From the NCBI GenBank assembly GCA_039801885.1, contig JBDRVN010000004.1:1-49593 (forward strand): DNA of 49,593 nt, read 5' to 3'. The notes under the pieces are model-generated. The model was not told the origin of the DNA. It made no database searches and worked only from the letters and a program-made list of their open reading frames with translations. Shown in pieces: positions 1 to 8,556 of the stretch. The position numbers and the translations under genes were made by a program. The stretch's first letter is position 1. Each line of letters opens with the position of its first letter. This stretch comes from a candidate division WOR-3 bacterium (GTDB lineage Bacteria > Hydrothermota > Tepidihabitantia > Tepidihabitantales > DTDR01).

Positions 1-9
1 AATTAAATA

Positions 10-705
10 ATGGATAATATAAGAAAGGTTATTTCTAAATTTGAGTATGAGAATACAAAAAAAGAGTTTTGTCGTCATTTAGCAATTTTATACCGGCAAA
101 TGAGAAGGAAAGAGAGGATTGTATTTAGGCATATTGGCTATAGGAATATGGCAGAGGATGGTTTCTGTTATGAGTTTTACAAAAACATTGCCTTTTGGAC
201 AGAAGTTCACAGAAACACAATTCCAAAATATATAAATTTCTTTATTGAAAATAAATTATTAGAGAAAAAGGTATTAAAAGCAAAATATCGTTATCGTCGT
301 GGTTTAGTTTTAACAAAATTAGGTTTATGTTTTTATATTTTTATTAACAAACTTAATGAATATTTATATAGTAAATTTAAAGAAGATAATAATTATAGAG
401 AGATAAATTTCTTTTCCTTTATTTATAATTTTATATTAAATATATTCTATCTCTTTAATAATATATTAGGTAGTATGCACAATGAGATGCACAAGGCAGA
501 GAACACAAGTAGTGATGGAAGTAGTAATGGAGAAGTTTTAGGTATCAATTTAGAGATAAAAGAGGTAAAAAAGCCTCCTGGTGGAGAGCAAAAGGACCTA
601 AAAGAGTTAAAAAGGCAGCAATTTATAAAAATGTTACAGGCGGGCTATTTGCTTCCGGAAAACATAATGGATGAATATGATTTATGGCAATTTATAAAAA
701 AATAA
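10..705 (+). CDS. Hypothetical protein with N-terminal winged-HTH-like region (replication-initiator-like)
   Basis: 231-aa ORF. Segment YKNIAFWTEVHRNTIPKYINFFIENKLLEK has HTH plus wing spacing, followed by a low-complexity linker. The true start could lie at the window edge. Confidence 0.45.
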   Translation: MDNIRKVISKFEYENTKKEFCRHLAILYRQMRRKERIVFRHIGYRNMAEDGFCYEFYKNIAFWTEVHRNTIPKYINFFIENKLLEKKVLKAKYRYRRGLVLTKLGLCFYIFINKLNEYLYSKFKEDNNYREINFFSFIYNFILNIFYLFNNILGSMHNEMHKAENTSSDGSSNGEVLGINLEIKEVKKPPGGEQKDLKELKRQQFIKMLQAGYLLPENIMDEYDLWQFIKK

Positions 706-733
706 TTGATATAATTAATAAAATAATTAAAAT
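706..733 (+). promoter_or_regulatory. Sigma70-type promoter, leaderless-type
   Basis: TTGATA 706-711, 16-nt spacer, TAAAAT 728-733, 5 nt, ATG 739. Confidence 0.5.
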
Positions 734-738
734 TAGGT

Positions 739-840
739 ATGAGTAATTTAAAAAGGAGGAAAACAATCAAATATATTCAAGAACCAAGTATCAGCGAAGG
801 GAAAGGAAATAAGAGCGAAAAGAAACTAAAAAAGAAATAA
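739..840 (+). CDS. Putative 33-aa basic peptide, not in the ORF track
   Basis: Read manually: MSNLKRRKTIKYIQEPSISEGKGNKSEKKLKKK, TAA at 838-840. Sits directly behind a promoter with the same geometry as the other leaderless genes. Confidence 0.4.
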   Translation: MSNLKRRKTIKYIQEPSISEGKGNKSEKKLKKK

Positions 841-862
841 AAAAGATATTGATTTTGAAATA

Positions 863-890
863 TTGACTTTTTACAAATTTTTGTTATAAT
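863..890 (+). promoter_or_regulatory. Sigma70-type promoter upstream of the structured RNA
   Basis: TTGACT 863-868, 16 nt, TATAAT 885-890. Confidence 0.7.
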
Positions 891-931
891 TTTTCCAAAT
901 GAGATTGATATTATTAAGTATAAATAACTTT

Positions 932-1064
932 GCTACGGAGAGAAGAAAGAGAAAGGTTCAGGTATCTTATTTGAAAATAACCTCCTTATTTTCGCCCAGA
1001 CTAATAGACCCTCCTTTAATTTGCCTGAATCTTACCACCCCACTTTCTTCTCTCCGTAGTTTTT
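932..1064 (+). ncRNA. Putative structured ncRNA with two CCUCC (anti-SD) hairpin loops; family unknown
   Basis: Perfect 17-bp stem 933-949/1043-1059; 12-bp stem 953-964/1022-1033 with two G-U pairs; 8-bp hairpin 973-980/986-993 with CCTCC loop; weaker hairpin 1005-1018 with CCCTCC loop; T5 tail 1060-1064. Confidence 0.65.
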
Positions 1065-2089
1065 CAATAAATTTCTATTAATTCTTCTTCTTTAATTATA
1101 AAATTTTTTTCGGGAAGGAAATTTTTTATTACCCAAAGGTTGGTTTTTAAATGATTGGTGATTTTATTAGTTTTATAACGACAAGAAGTATTGCTTAATA
1201 TAATAAAAATTGGCAATTGATCGGCAAGATGGTAATCCACAACACCTTTGCTATTATAATATTCTAAAAATTCCTTTACTGCTTCTTCGGCTACTTTTTC
1301 GGCAGGTTTACCAATCTCGCCCAGCGAAGAAAATCCGGCGACAATATTTTCAAATTGTGCCAAAATAAAAGTATAAGTACCTGGTGAAACACTTTCAACC
1401 TCTTCAATAAAGATTTCCGGATTAAATTTTTTTAAAAATTGATAGGCTTGGTTTACTTGTCTTTGGGCAATACTTTTATCCAATTTTCCTACTTTAGAAA
1501 TAATTTTTATTTTCTCTAATTTTCCTCTTTCTAAAAATTCGATAGTATTTTGCTCTCTTTTTTTGAAAGGTTCTACTTCTAAAATTACTTTTCCGCCACC
1601 GACCGGATAAAAACCATATCTTTCAATTTTTGCTTTGCAGAAAAAAGAAAACCTTTTTATAGTGGGAATAAGCACATCTTCTAAATAATCAAATATCGGA
1701 CTAAAAGGCACATGAGTTCCTCCTTCTAAAGTTATTTTAGAAGGTTTAGCAGCAAAGAATAAAACAGGTAAAATTGCCTGAATAACCAAAGTTATTGCAC
1801 CAGCACTTCTTTTTTCTTCGGCAACATTGAAATAATATTCACCACCAATAATATTTTTCGGAATAAATTTTAAAGATAGAGAATAAAGTTTGTTATTTTC
1901 TACAGTTGCTTCGCATATTTTAGCAGTGGCATTTATTCCGGTTAAGTGTTGGGGTAAAATACCTGGTTTTTTTCTTCCCTTTCTAATATTATTAATGAAA
2001 AAAGGTTTTTTAAGACAGGCTGATAAACTCAAAGATGTTCTTAAAATCTGGCCACCACCTTCACCATAGGAACCATCAATATTAATCAT
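1064..2089 (-). CDS. rtcA: RNA 3'-terminal phosphate cyclase
   Basis: [16 protein letters not shown]-terminus, [25 protein letters not shown] and the conserved catalytic His in ITNHLKTN. Confidence 0.95.
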   Translation of the reverse strand: MINIDGSYGEGGGQILRTSLSLSACLKKPFFINNIRKGRKKPGILPQHLTGINATAKICEATVENNKLYSLSLKFIPKNIIGGEYYFNVAEEKRSAGAITLVIQAILPVLFFAAKPSKITLEGGTHVPFSPIFDYLEDVLIPTIKRFSFFCKAKIERYGFYPVGGGKVILEVEPFKKREQNTIEFLERGKLEKIKIISKVGKLDKSIAQRQVNQAYQFLKKFNPEIFIEEVESVSPGTYTFILAQFENIVAGFSSLGEIGKPAEKVAEEAVKEFLEYYNSKGVVDYHLADQLPIFIILSNTSCRYKTNKITNHLKTNLWVIKNFLPEKNFIIKEEELIEIY

Positions 2090-2096
2090 AATTTTA

Positions 2097-2124
2097 ATTA
2101 AAATAAAATATAGACTTAAGTCAA
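2097..2124 (-). promoter_or_regulatory. rtcA promoter, leaderless-type
   Basis: Minus strand TTGACT 2124-2119, 16 nt, TTTAAT 2102-2097, 7 nt, ATG 2089; no SD. Confidence 0.5.
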
Positions 2125-2136
2125 ATTATTAAATTA

Positions 2137-2164
2137 TTGACTTATCATCTTCTCTGATTATAAT
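2137..2164 (+). promoter_or_regulatory. Promoter of the lipoprotein-rpsO-pnp unit
   Basis: TTGACT 2137-2142, 16 nt, TATAAT 2159-2164; GGAGG SD before ATG 2191. Confidence 0.7.
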
Positions 2165-2190
2165 TATAAACAAAAATATGGAGGAAGAAA

Positions 2191-2766
2191 ATGAAAAAAA
2201 TTCTTTTAGGGTTAGTAACGATCAGTATAATAATAATAAGTTGTAAGAAAGAAAAAAAAGTAACAGATATTATGCCCTTAAATCTTGGGAATTATTGGAA
2301 CTACCAAAGGTTGGTTGTTGAAGATGGCGATACTACTTTAAGCGATACCTTTAAAATGGAAGTGAATACTCAAAATAAGGATACTTTTTATCTTATTGGT
2401 TCCTTATTTACTTTTGAAGAATTACCAGAAAAACCCGAAGAAGAATCAATGAAAGTGATATTTTATGATAGTTTATTATTTACTTATACGGATGATGAAC
2501 CAGATACTCAATTGGTTTTACCTTTAAAAGAAGGAAAATCCTGGAAGGTAAACGAGGAATTTACTGCCGAAGTTATTAGTATCGAAGGAGTAAATATTGG
2601 TGATAAGCAATATTCCGATTGTTGGCGGATAAAATACCAAAATGAAGATGGCGATATTCAGAAAGAGCTTTGGTTTAAAGAAGAAATAGGAATTGTTAAA
2701 TTCCGAAAAGAAGAAGACGGAGAAATTACAATTTTAGAGTTAAAAGAATATAATTTAAACAGATGA
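2191..2766 (+). CDS. Putative lipoprotein
   Basis: [18 protein letters not shown] lipoprotein signal with Cys; SD GGAGG. Confidence 0.65.
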   Translation: MKKILLGLVTISIIIISCKKEKKVTDIMPLNLGNYWNYQRLVVEDGDTTLSDTFKMEVNTQNKDTFYLIGSLFTFEELPEKPEEESMKVIFYDSLLFTYTDDEPDTQLVLPLKEGKSWKVNEEFTAEVISIEGVNIGDKQYSDCWRIKYQNEDGDIQKELWFKEEIGIVKFRKEEDGEITILELKEYNLNR

Positions 2767-2773
2767 GGAGATT

Positions 2774-3043
2774 ATGGGGTTAACAAAAGAAAGAAAGAAA
2801 GAAGTAATTGAAAAGTTTAAAATTCATAATAAAGATACTGGTTCGCCAGAAGTCCAAATAGCTATTTTAACCGAAAGGATAAAACTCTTAACCGAACATC
2901 TACAAAAGCATAAAAAAGATAAACACTCGCGAAGAGGATTGATAAAATTAGTTAATCAAAGGCGGCGTCATCTTAATTATTTAATGAAATACCACAAAGA
3001 ACGTTATTTAAAAATAATTGAGAAACTTGGTTTGAAAGGATAA
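2774..3043 (+). CDS. rpsO: 30S ribosomal protein S15
   Basis: [27 protein letters not shown]. Confidence 0.98.
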   Translation: MGLTKERKKEVIEKFKIHNKDTGSPEVQIAILTERIKLLTEHLQKHKKDKHSRRGLIKLVNQRRRHLNYLMKYHKERYLKIIEKLGLKG

Positions 3044-5133
3044 TGAGTCATACCGAAGCAAAGATTGGGGATCGGATTTTATCCATCGAAACCGGTAGTC
3101 TGGCACGGCAGGCTGATGGAAGTGTTTTAATTCGTTATGGTGATACCATTGTTCTTACCACGGTTACTTATAAAAAAGAAAAAAATATTACTTTTCAAGA
3201 TTTTTTACCTTTGACTGTTGATTATCGGGAATTAGCCTATGCTGCCGGAAAAATTCCTGGTGGTTTTTTCAAAAGAGAAGGGAAACCAAGAGATAAAGAG
3301 ATTTTAGTTTCCCGTTTAATTGATCGTTCAATAAGGCCACTTTTCCCCAAGGGTTTTAATCAAGATATTCAAATTATTAGCTTTCTTCTTTCTTTTGACC
3401 AAGAAAATGAAGGTGATATTTTAGGAATTATTGGTGCTTCCGCTTGTTTACTTTTGTCGGAAATACCTTTCTCTCAACCGATTGCTGCTGTTAGAATTGG
3501 AAAAATTGATAATAAATATATAATCAACCCAACAATCAAAGAATTAGAAGTTTCGACTCTTGATTTAGTTGTCAGTGCTACTAAAGAGACGCCAGTGATG
3601 TTAGAGGGCGATGGCAGAGAGGTTCAACCTCAAGAAATTATTGAAGCCATTGAAATTGCTATGGAAGAAATAAGAAAAATTATTGAAGCCGAGGAAAGAC
3701 TAACTATTGGTATTACTAAATTAGAGATTCCTGAAAAATTGGTTCCGGAAGATTTTGAGAAGGAAGTAAAGGAATTGATAGAAGAAAAGGTAATACAGGC
3801 TTACCAAATTCTTGACAGAAAAGAGAGGCAAGAAAATTTAAGAAAAATCCGTGAAGAAACTTTTAATTTATTAAAAGAAAAATATCCTGATTGTGAAGGT
3901 CAAATTCAATATATAATAGAAGAGATTGCGCGAAAATATATGCGAGAATTAATTATTAACAAGCAAAAAAGAATAGACGGGAGAACACCTGATGAGATAC
4001 GTCCTCTTTCCTGCGCGGTTTCCATATTACCCAGAACCCATGGTTCGGCACTTTTTACCCGTGGACAAACCCAATGTTTGGCAGTGGTTACTTTGGGAAC
4101 AAAAAGTGACGAACAGATTGTTGATGATTTAGAAGGTGAAGGAACAAAACGTTTTATGCTTCATTACAATTTCCCTCCTTTTTCTACTGGTGAAATTAGA
4201 TCTTTGCGAGCACCAACAAGAAGAGAAATTGGACACGGTTTTTTAGCGGAGCGGGCTTTTAAACATCTTTTACCCAGTGAAGAGGAGTTCCCCTACACTA
4301 TAAGGGTTGTTTCGGACATTTTAGAATCTAATGGTTCTTCCTCAATGGCAACAGTTTGTGGAGCAACCTTATCGTTAATGGATGCGGGAGTACCGTTAAA
4401 AAAAGCAGTAGCCGGAATAGCAATGGGATTAGTAAAAGAGAATGATGATTATGTCATTTTAACTGATATTACCGGAACCGAGGACCACTATGGAGATATG
4501 GATTTTAAAATTGCTGGTACTAAAGATGGAATTACTGCTGTCCAATTGGATTTAAAAATTCAAGGAGTGTCCTTAAAAATTTTAAGAGAAACAATTGATA
4601 AGGCGCAACTAGCCCATAAAAAGATATTAGAGTTAATGGCAAAGTCAATTGACCAACCCCGAAAGTGCCTTTCTTCTTTTGCTCCTCGGGTATTTGCTTT
4701 TCAAATCCCTAAAGATAAGATTGGCGCGGTAATCGGTACCGGAGGCAAAGTTATAAGAAAAATAATTGATGAAACTACCACTGAGATTTTTATTGAAGAC
4801 GATGGGAAAATAATAATTTCCGGACCTAATGAAGAGGCGATTGAAAAAGCAAAGTCAAGAATTTTAGCAATTGTTGAAGATATTGAAGTTGGAAAAGTAT
4901 ATTTAGGAGAGGTTAAAAAAATAGCTCCTTTTGGTGTTTTCATAGAAATTGCGCCCGGAAAAGAAGGACTCTGCCATATCTCTCAATGGGCTGATTATCG
5001 AGTAAAAAATTTAGCAAATGAAGTTAAAGTTGGTGATAAAATTTTGGTTCGGGTGATTGCCATTGATGAAATGGGAAGGATTCAACTATCAAGAAAAACA
5101 GTGGGAAAGGATGATACAAAAAGAAAAAGTTAA
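3043..5133 (+). CDS. pnp: Polyribonucleotide nucleotidyltransferase
   Basis: DFLPLTVDY, RREIGHG, GDMDFKIAG, KH (IGTGGK) and S1 domains; follows rpsO. Confidence 0.98.
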   Translation: MSHTEAKIGDRILSIETGSLARQADGSVLIRYGDTIVLTTVTYKKEKNITFQDFLPLTVDYRELAYAAGKIPGGFFKREGKPRDKEILVSRLIDRSIRPLFPKGFNQDIQIISFLLSFDQENEGDILGIIGASACLLLSEIPFSQPIAAVRIGKIDNKYIINPTIKELEVSTLDLVVSATKETPVMLEGDGREVQPQEIIEAIEIAMEEIRKIIEAEERLTIGITKLEIPEKLVPEDFEKEVKELIEEKVIQAYQILDRKERQENLRKIREETFNLLKEKYPDCEGQIQYIIEEIARKYMRELIINKQKRIDGRTPDEIRPLSCAVSILPRTHGSALFTRGQTQCLAVVTLGTKSDEQIVDDLEGEGTKRFMLHYNFPPFSTGEIRSLRAPTRREIGHGFLAERAFKHLLPSEEEFPYTIRVVSDILESNGSSSMATVCGATLSLMDAGVPLKKAVAGIAMGLVKENDDYVILTDITGTEDHYGDMDFKIAGTKDGITAVQLDLKIQGVSLKILRETIDKAQLAHKKILELMAKSIDQPRKCLSSFAPRVFAFQIPKDKIGAVIGTGGKVIRKIIDETTTEIFIEDDGKIIISGPNEEAIEKAKSRILAIVEDIEVGKVYLGEVKKIAPFGVFIEIAPGKEGLCHISQWADYRVKNLANEVKVGDKILVRVIAIDEMGRIQLSRKTVGKDDTKRKS

Positions 5134-6373
5134 TGGTATTACTTTAATCCTGGAACACCGACCTTCCTATCCTTCAGTAGCTTTATGTATTGCCTTTAAT
5201 AATGGTTCCCGTGACGAACCAAAAGAAATGAATGGAATATCTCATTTTGTTGAACATATGTTATTTAAAGGAACAAAATATAAAAGTGCTAAAGAAATTT
5301 CTTATTATGCTGAATCGATTGGTTGTATTTTAGATGCTTTTACGGGAAAAGAAATGACGGGAATATATGCCCGTTTTTTAAAAGAATTTGCCGAACCGGT
5401 TTGTGAATTATTAACCGAAATAACTTGTTATCCTCTTTTTAACCATCAGGAATTTGAGAAAGAGAAAGAAGTAATTATCGAAGAAATAAAACAATCTAAT
5501 GAGGATGATGAAGATGTTCTTTTTAATCTCTTTTTCAATACTCTTTTTCCTAATACTTCTTTGGGATTACCAATTGCTGGTAAGATAGAAACGATAAAAA
5601 ATTTTACCCCTGAAACAATAAAAAATTTTTATTGGGAAAATTATACTAAAAACAAAATAGTGATTTCGGCAGTGGGTGATTTAGAAAAGGATATTTATCG
5701 AAAGATGGGGGAGAATTTACTTTTAAAAGAGGGATCGATTAATAAAAGAGAAATAATAAAAGATATCGGGACAAATAAGATTGGTGTGGAAAAGAAAGTC
5801 GATTTAGATAGTGTCTATTTTATTTTAGGAAAAAAAGTTTTTTTAGAGGAAGAACAAGATAAATATGCTTTATCAATTTTTAACACTTCTCTTGGCGGCT
5901 CGCTTTCTTCTCGTCTTTTCCAGAGATTAAGGGAAGAGGAGGGATTGGTTTATCAAATTTCTTCCTTTGTTGATTTCTATATTGATGTGGCAGTTTTTGG
6001 TATTTATTTTGTTTGTGATAAATCAAAATTAGAAAAAACTTTAAACATTGTAGTTGAAGAGTTAATAAAATTGAGAAATCAAAAATTCACTCAGAAAGAA
6101 TATGAAATAGCTTTAAATTATACCAAAAGCGCGATTGTGATTCATTTAGAAAATCCTTTAAACCGAAGTTTTAATTTAGCAAAAAATGAATTTGTTTATG
6201 GCCGTTGTTTTACTGTCCAAGAAATTTTAAATGCTTATAATCAAATAAAAAAAGAGCAAGTGGATTTTATAACTGAGAAAATTTTAAATTCTTTAAATGA
6301 ATTTAGTATCACAAGTGTTGGCAGTATTGATGAAGATTATATTAAAAAAATATTACCTAAAGAAATATATTAA
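5111..6373 (+). CDS. M16 family zinc peptidase
   Basis: Inverted zinc motif HFVEH and SSRLFQRLREEEGLVY; usual position after pnp. Start moved from track 5057 to ATG 5111 (MIQKEK). Confidence 0.9.
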   Translation: MIQKEKVNGITLILEHRPSYPSVALCIAFNNGSRDEPKEMNGISHFVEHMLFKGTKYKSAKEISYYAESIGCILDAFTGKEMTGIYARFLKEFAEPVCELLTEITCYPLFNHQEFEKEKEVIIEEIKQSNEDDEDVLFNLFFNTLFPNTSLGLPIAGKIETIKNFTPETIKNFYWENYTKNKIVISAVGDLEKDIYRKMGENLLLKEGSINKREIIKDIGTNKIGVEKKVDLDSVYFILGKKVFLEEEQDKYALSIFNTSLGGSLSSRLFQRLREEEGLVYQISSFVDFYIDVAVFGIYFVCDKSKLEKTLNIVVEELIKLRNQKFTQKEYEIALNYTKSAIVIHLENPLNRSFNLAKNEFVYGRCFTVQEILNAYNQIKKEQVDFITEKILNSLNEFSITSVGSIDEDYIKKILPKEIY

Positions 6374-6385
6374 AAAGGAGAGAAA

Positions 6386-7372
6386 ATGGAAGTATTATTT
6401 TTAAGTCAAAAAGAAGTAATAAAAATTTTAAAAATGGATGTTGCTCTTAAAGCAGTAGAAAAAGCTTTTTACGAAAAAGGGATGGGACGTGTGATTATGC
6501 CTCCCAAGGTATATCTCTTTTATGAAAAATATCAAGGTGATATACGGGTAATGCCTTCTTATTTACCTACTTATGAAATTTCCGGAGTTAAAGTTGTAAA
6601 TGTCCATCCCAACAATCCTTTAAAATATAAATTACCTAGTGTAATGGCAACAATTATTTTAATTTCTCCTAAAAATGGCGCACCTTTAGCAATCTTAGAT
6701 GGGACAGCAATTACTAACATTCGAACTGGCGCAGCCGGAGGAATAGCTACAAAATATTTAGCACGAAAAAATGCTTCTACCCTTGCTTTAGTAGGTGCCG
6801 GTGTTCAAGCAGAAACTCAACTTTTAGCAATTGTCAAGGTGAGAAAAATTAAACAAGTTAGGATTTATGATATCAATGCTGAAATAGCAAAAAAATTTCA
6901 AAAGAAGTTTCAACCTCTTTTAAAAATCCCGATCGTTATCTGCTCTTCAATTGAAGAATGTGTTAAAGATGCTGATATAATTTCTACACAAACGCCCGTA
7001 AGAGAACCAATAATTAAAGTTGAATGGATAAAAACTGGTGCCCACATTAATGCCATTGGTGCTGATGCGCCAGGAAAAGAAGAACTGGATTGGGAGATAT
7101 TGAAAAAAGGGAAAGTCTATATTGATGATTGGGAACAAGCGTCTCATTCCGGAGAGATTAATGTTCCTTTAGAAAAAGGAATTATTAGCAAAGAAGATAT
7201 TAAAGGCGAAATTGGCGAGGTTATTTGTGGCAAAATTCCCGGTAGAGAAAAAGAAGAAGAAATTACTATTTTTGACTCAACAGGATTAGGAATTCAAGAT
7301 TTGGTGTGTGCTTATCAGGTATATAAAATTGCCAAGAGAAGAAAAATAGGCAAAAAGATTGCAATGCTTTAA
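6386..7372 (+). CDS. Ornithine cyclodeaminase/mu-crystallin family protein, probably archaeal-type alanine dehydrogenase
   Basis: MPPKVYL, GDIRVMP, RTGAAGGIATKYLAR, INAIGADAPGKEELD, FDSTGLGIQD. Confidence 0.85.
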   Translation: MEVLFLSQKEVIKILKMDVALKAVEKAFYEKGMGRVIMPPKVYLFYEKYQGDIRVMPSYLPTYEISGVKVVNVHPNNPLKYKLPSVMATIILISPKNGAPLAILDGTAITNIRTGAAGGIATKYLARKNASTLALVGAGVQAETQLLAIVKVRKIKQVRIYDINAEIAKKFQKKFQPLLKIPIVICSSIEECVKDADIISTQTPVREPIIKVEWIKTGAHINAIGADAPGKEELDWEILKKGKVYIDDWEQASHSGEINVPLEKGIISKEDIKGEIGEVICGKIPGREKEEEITIFDSTGLGIQDLVCAYQVYKIAKRRKIGKKIAML

Positions 7373-7401
7373 TTTAAATAATTAAGTAATCTTAATAATT
7401 G

Positions 7402-8556
7402 ATGAAGATTTTAATGGTTTCCGATGTCTATTTTCCTTATATGGGTGGTATCCCAGTGCACATTTATAATCTGGCTCAAGAATTGAGGAAGCGTAATCAT
7501 ACGGTAAAAATATTAACTACTAATTTTTCGAACAATCACATTTTCAAAATCGATAATGGATTATATAATAAAGAGGAAGATGAAAAATATATTTATCGTG
7601 TTGGAAGAGCGATGATTTTTCGTGCTAATAAATCTTTTGCTTCTTTTCCCATTGGCTGGCGGATGGGAATGAAAATAAAGGAAATATTAGAAGAAAATAA
7701 TTTTGATATTCTTCATATTCATGGATGTTTAGCTCCTCTTCTTCCTCTCTATGTTTTAAAATTTTCTAAAACAAAAAATATTATTACTCTTCATTCTTAT
7801 TTTAAAAATAGCTTAGGGTACATATTTTTTCGTCCTCTTTTGTATCCTTTCTTTAAAAAAATTCATGGAATTATCGCTGTCTCAAATGCTGCCAAAAAAG
7901 CTACGGAAAAATATTTCCCTGGCGAGTATTGGATAATTCCTAACGGAGTCAATATTAATTTCTTTAACCCTGATATTAAACCTTTGGAAGAATATTTAAA
8001 CCATTACCCGCGACTTTTGTTCGTAGGAAGATTTGAGCCACGAAAAGGTCTGAAGTATCTTTTGCAAGCTTTACCAATAATAAAAAAAGAATTTCCTAAT
8101 TTTTTACTTTTAGTTGTTGGAAAGGGAGTGTTGGGATATTCTTATCAAGAATATTTATCACCAGAAGTGAAAAAAAACGTCGTTTTCTGCGGCGCAGTGC
8201 CTTTGGAAAAATTGCCTAAATTTTATGCGACCTGTGATATTTTTGTGGCTCCTTCCATTGGTGCAGAAAGTTTTGGTATAGTTCTTTTAGAAGCAATGGC
8301 TTGCGGAAAACCGATTGTTGCTTCTAATATTCCTGGATATCGGGAGATCTTAGAAAACGGCAAAGAGGGTTTTTTAGTAAAACCTTGCGATTATCAAGAA
8401 ATAGCAGAAAAAGTAATTGAATTAGCAAAAGATAATCAGAAGGCAAAAGAAATGGGAAGATTTGGTCGAGAAAAGGCTTTAAATTATTCTTGGGAGAAAA
8501 TAAGCGATCGGGTGGAAAATTTTTATTACCAAGTAATTAATCAACAAAGATGGTAA
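7402..8556 (+). CDS. GT4 glycosyltransferase (PimA-like)
   Basis: YMGGIPVH, IIPNGV, FVGRFEPRKG, ESFGIVLLEAMACG; ATG 7402 follows the track TTG at 7399. Confidence 0.9.
   Translation: MKILMVSDVYFPYMGGIPVHIYNLAQELRKRNHTVKILTTNFSNNHIFKIDNGLYNKEEDEKYIYRVGRAMIFRANKSFASFPIGWRMGMKIKEILEENNFDILHIHGCLAPLLPLYVLKFSKTKNIITLHSYFKNSLGYIFFRPLLYPFFKKIHGIIAVSNAAKKATEKYFPGEYWIIPNGVNINFFNPDIKPLEEYLNHYPRLLFVGRFEPRKGLKYLLQALPIIKKEFPNFLLLVVGKGVLGYSYQEYLSPEVKKNVVFCGAVPLEKLPKFYATCDIFVAPSIGAESFGIVLLEAMACGKPIVASNIPGYREILENGKEGFLVKPCDYQEIAEKVIELAKDNQKAKEMGRFGREKALNYSWEKISDRVENFYYQVINQQRW

Noticed and set aside
932-1064. Identification as SRP RNA, 6S RNA, Y RNA, retron msr-msd or a CsrA-sponge on the minus strand
   Set aside because: No GNRA/CAGG-AGCA SRP motif, no large symmetric central bubble, no Ro60-binding helix and no reverse transcriptase nearby. 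G-U polarity and the U tail argue against the minus strand. A MITE is not fully excluded, but no target duplication is clear.
899-1081. 60-aa ORF spanning the structured RNA
   Set aside because: It starts 8 nt after the -10 box, so translation is not excluded, but it has no protein-like features, overlaps rtcA and runs through a very stable duplex. RNA structure explains the sequence better.
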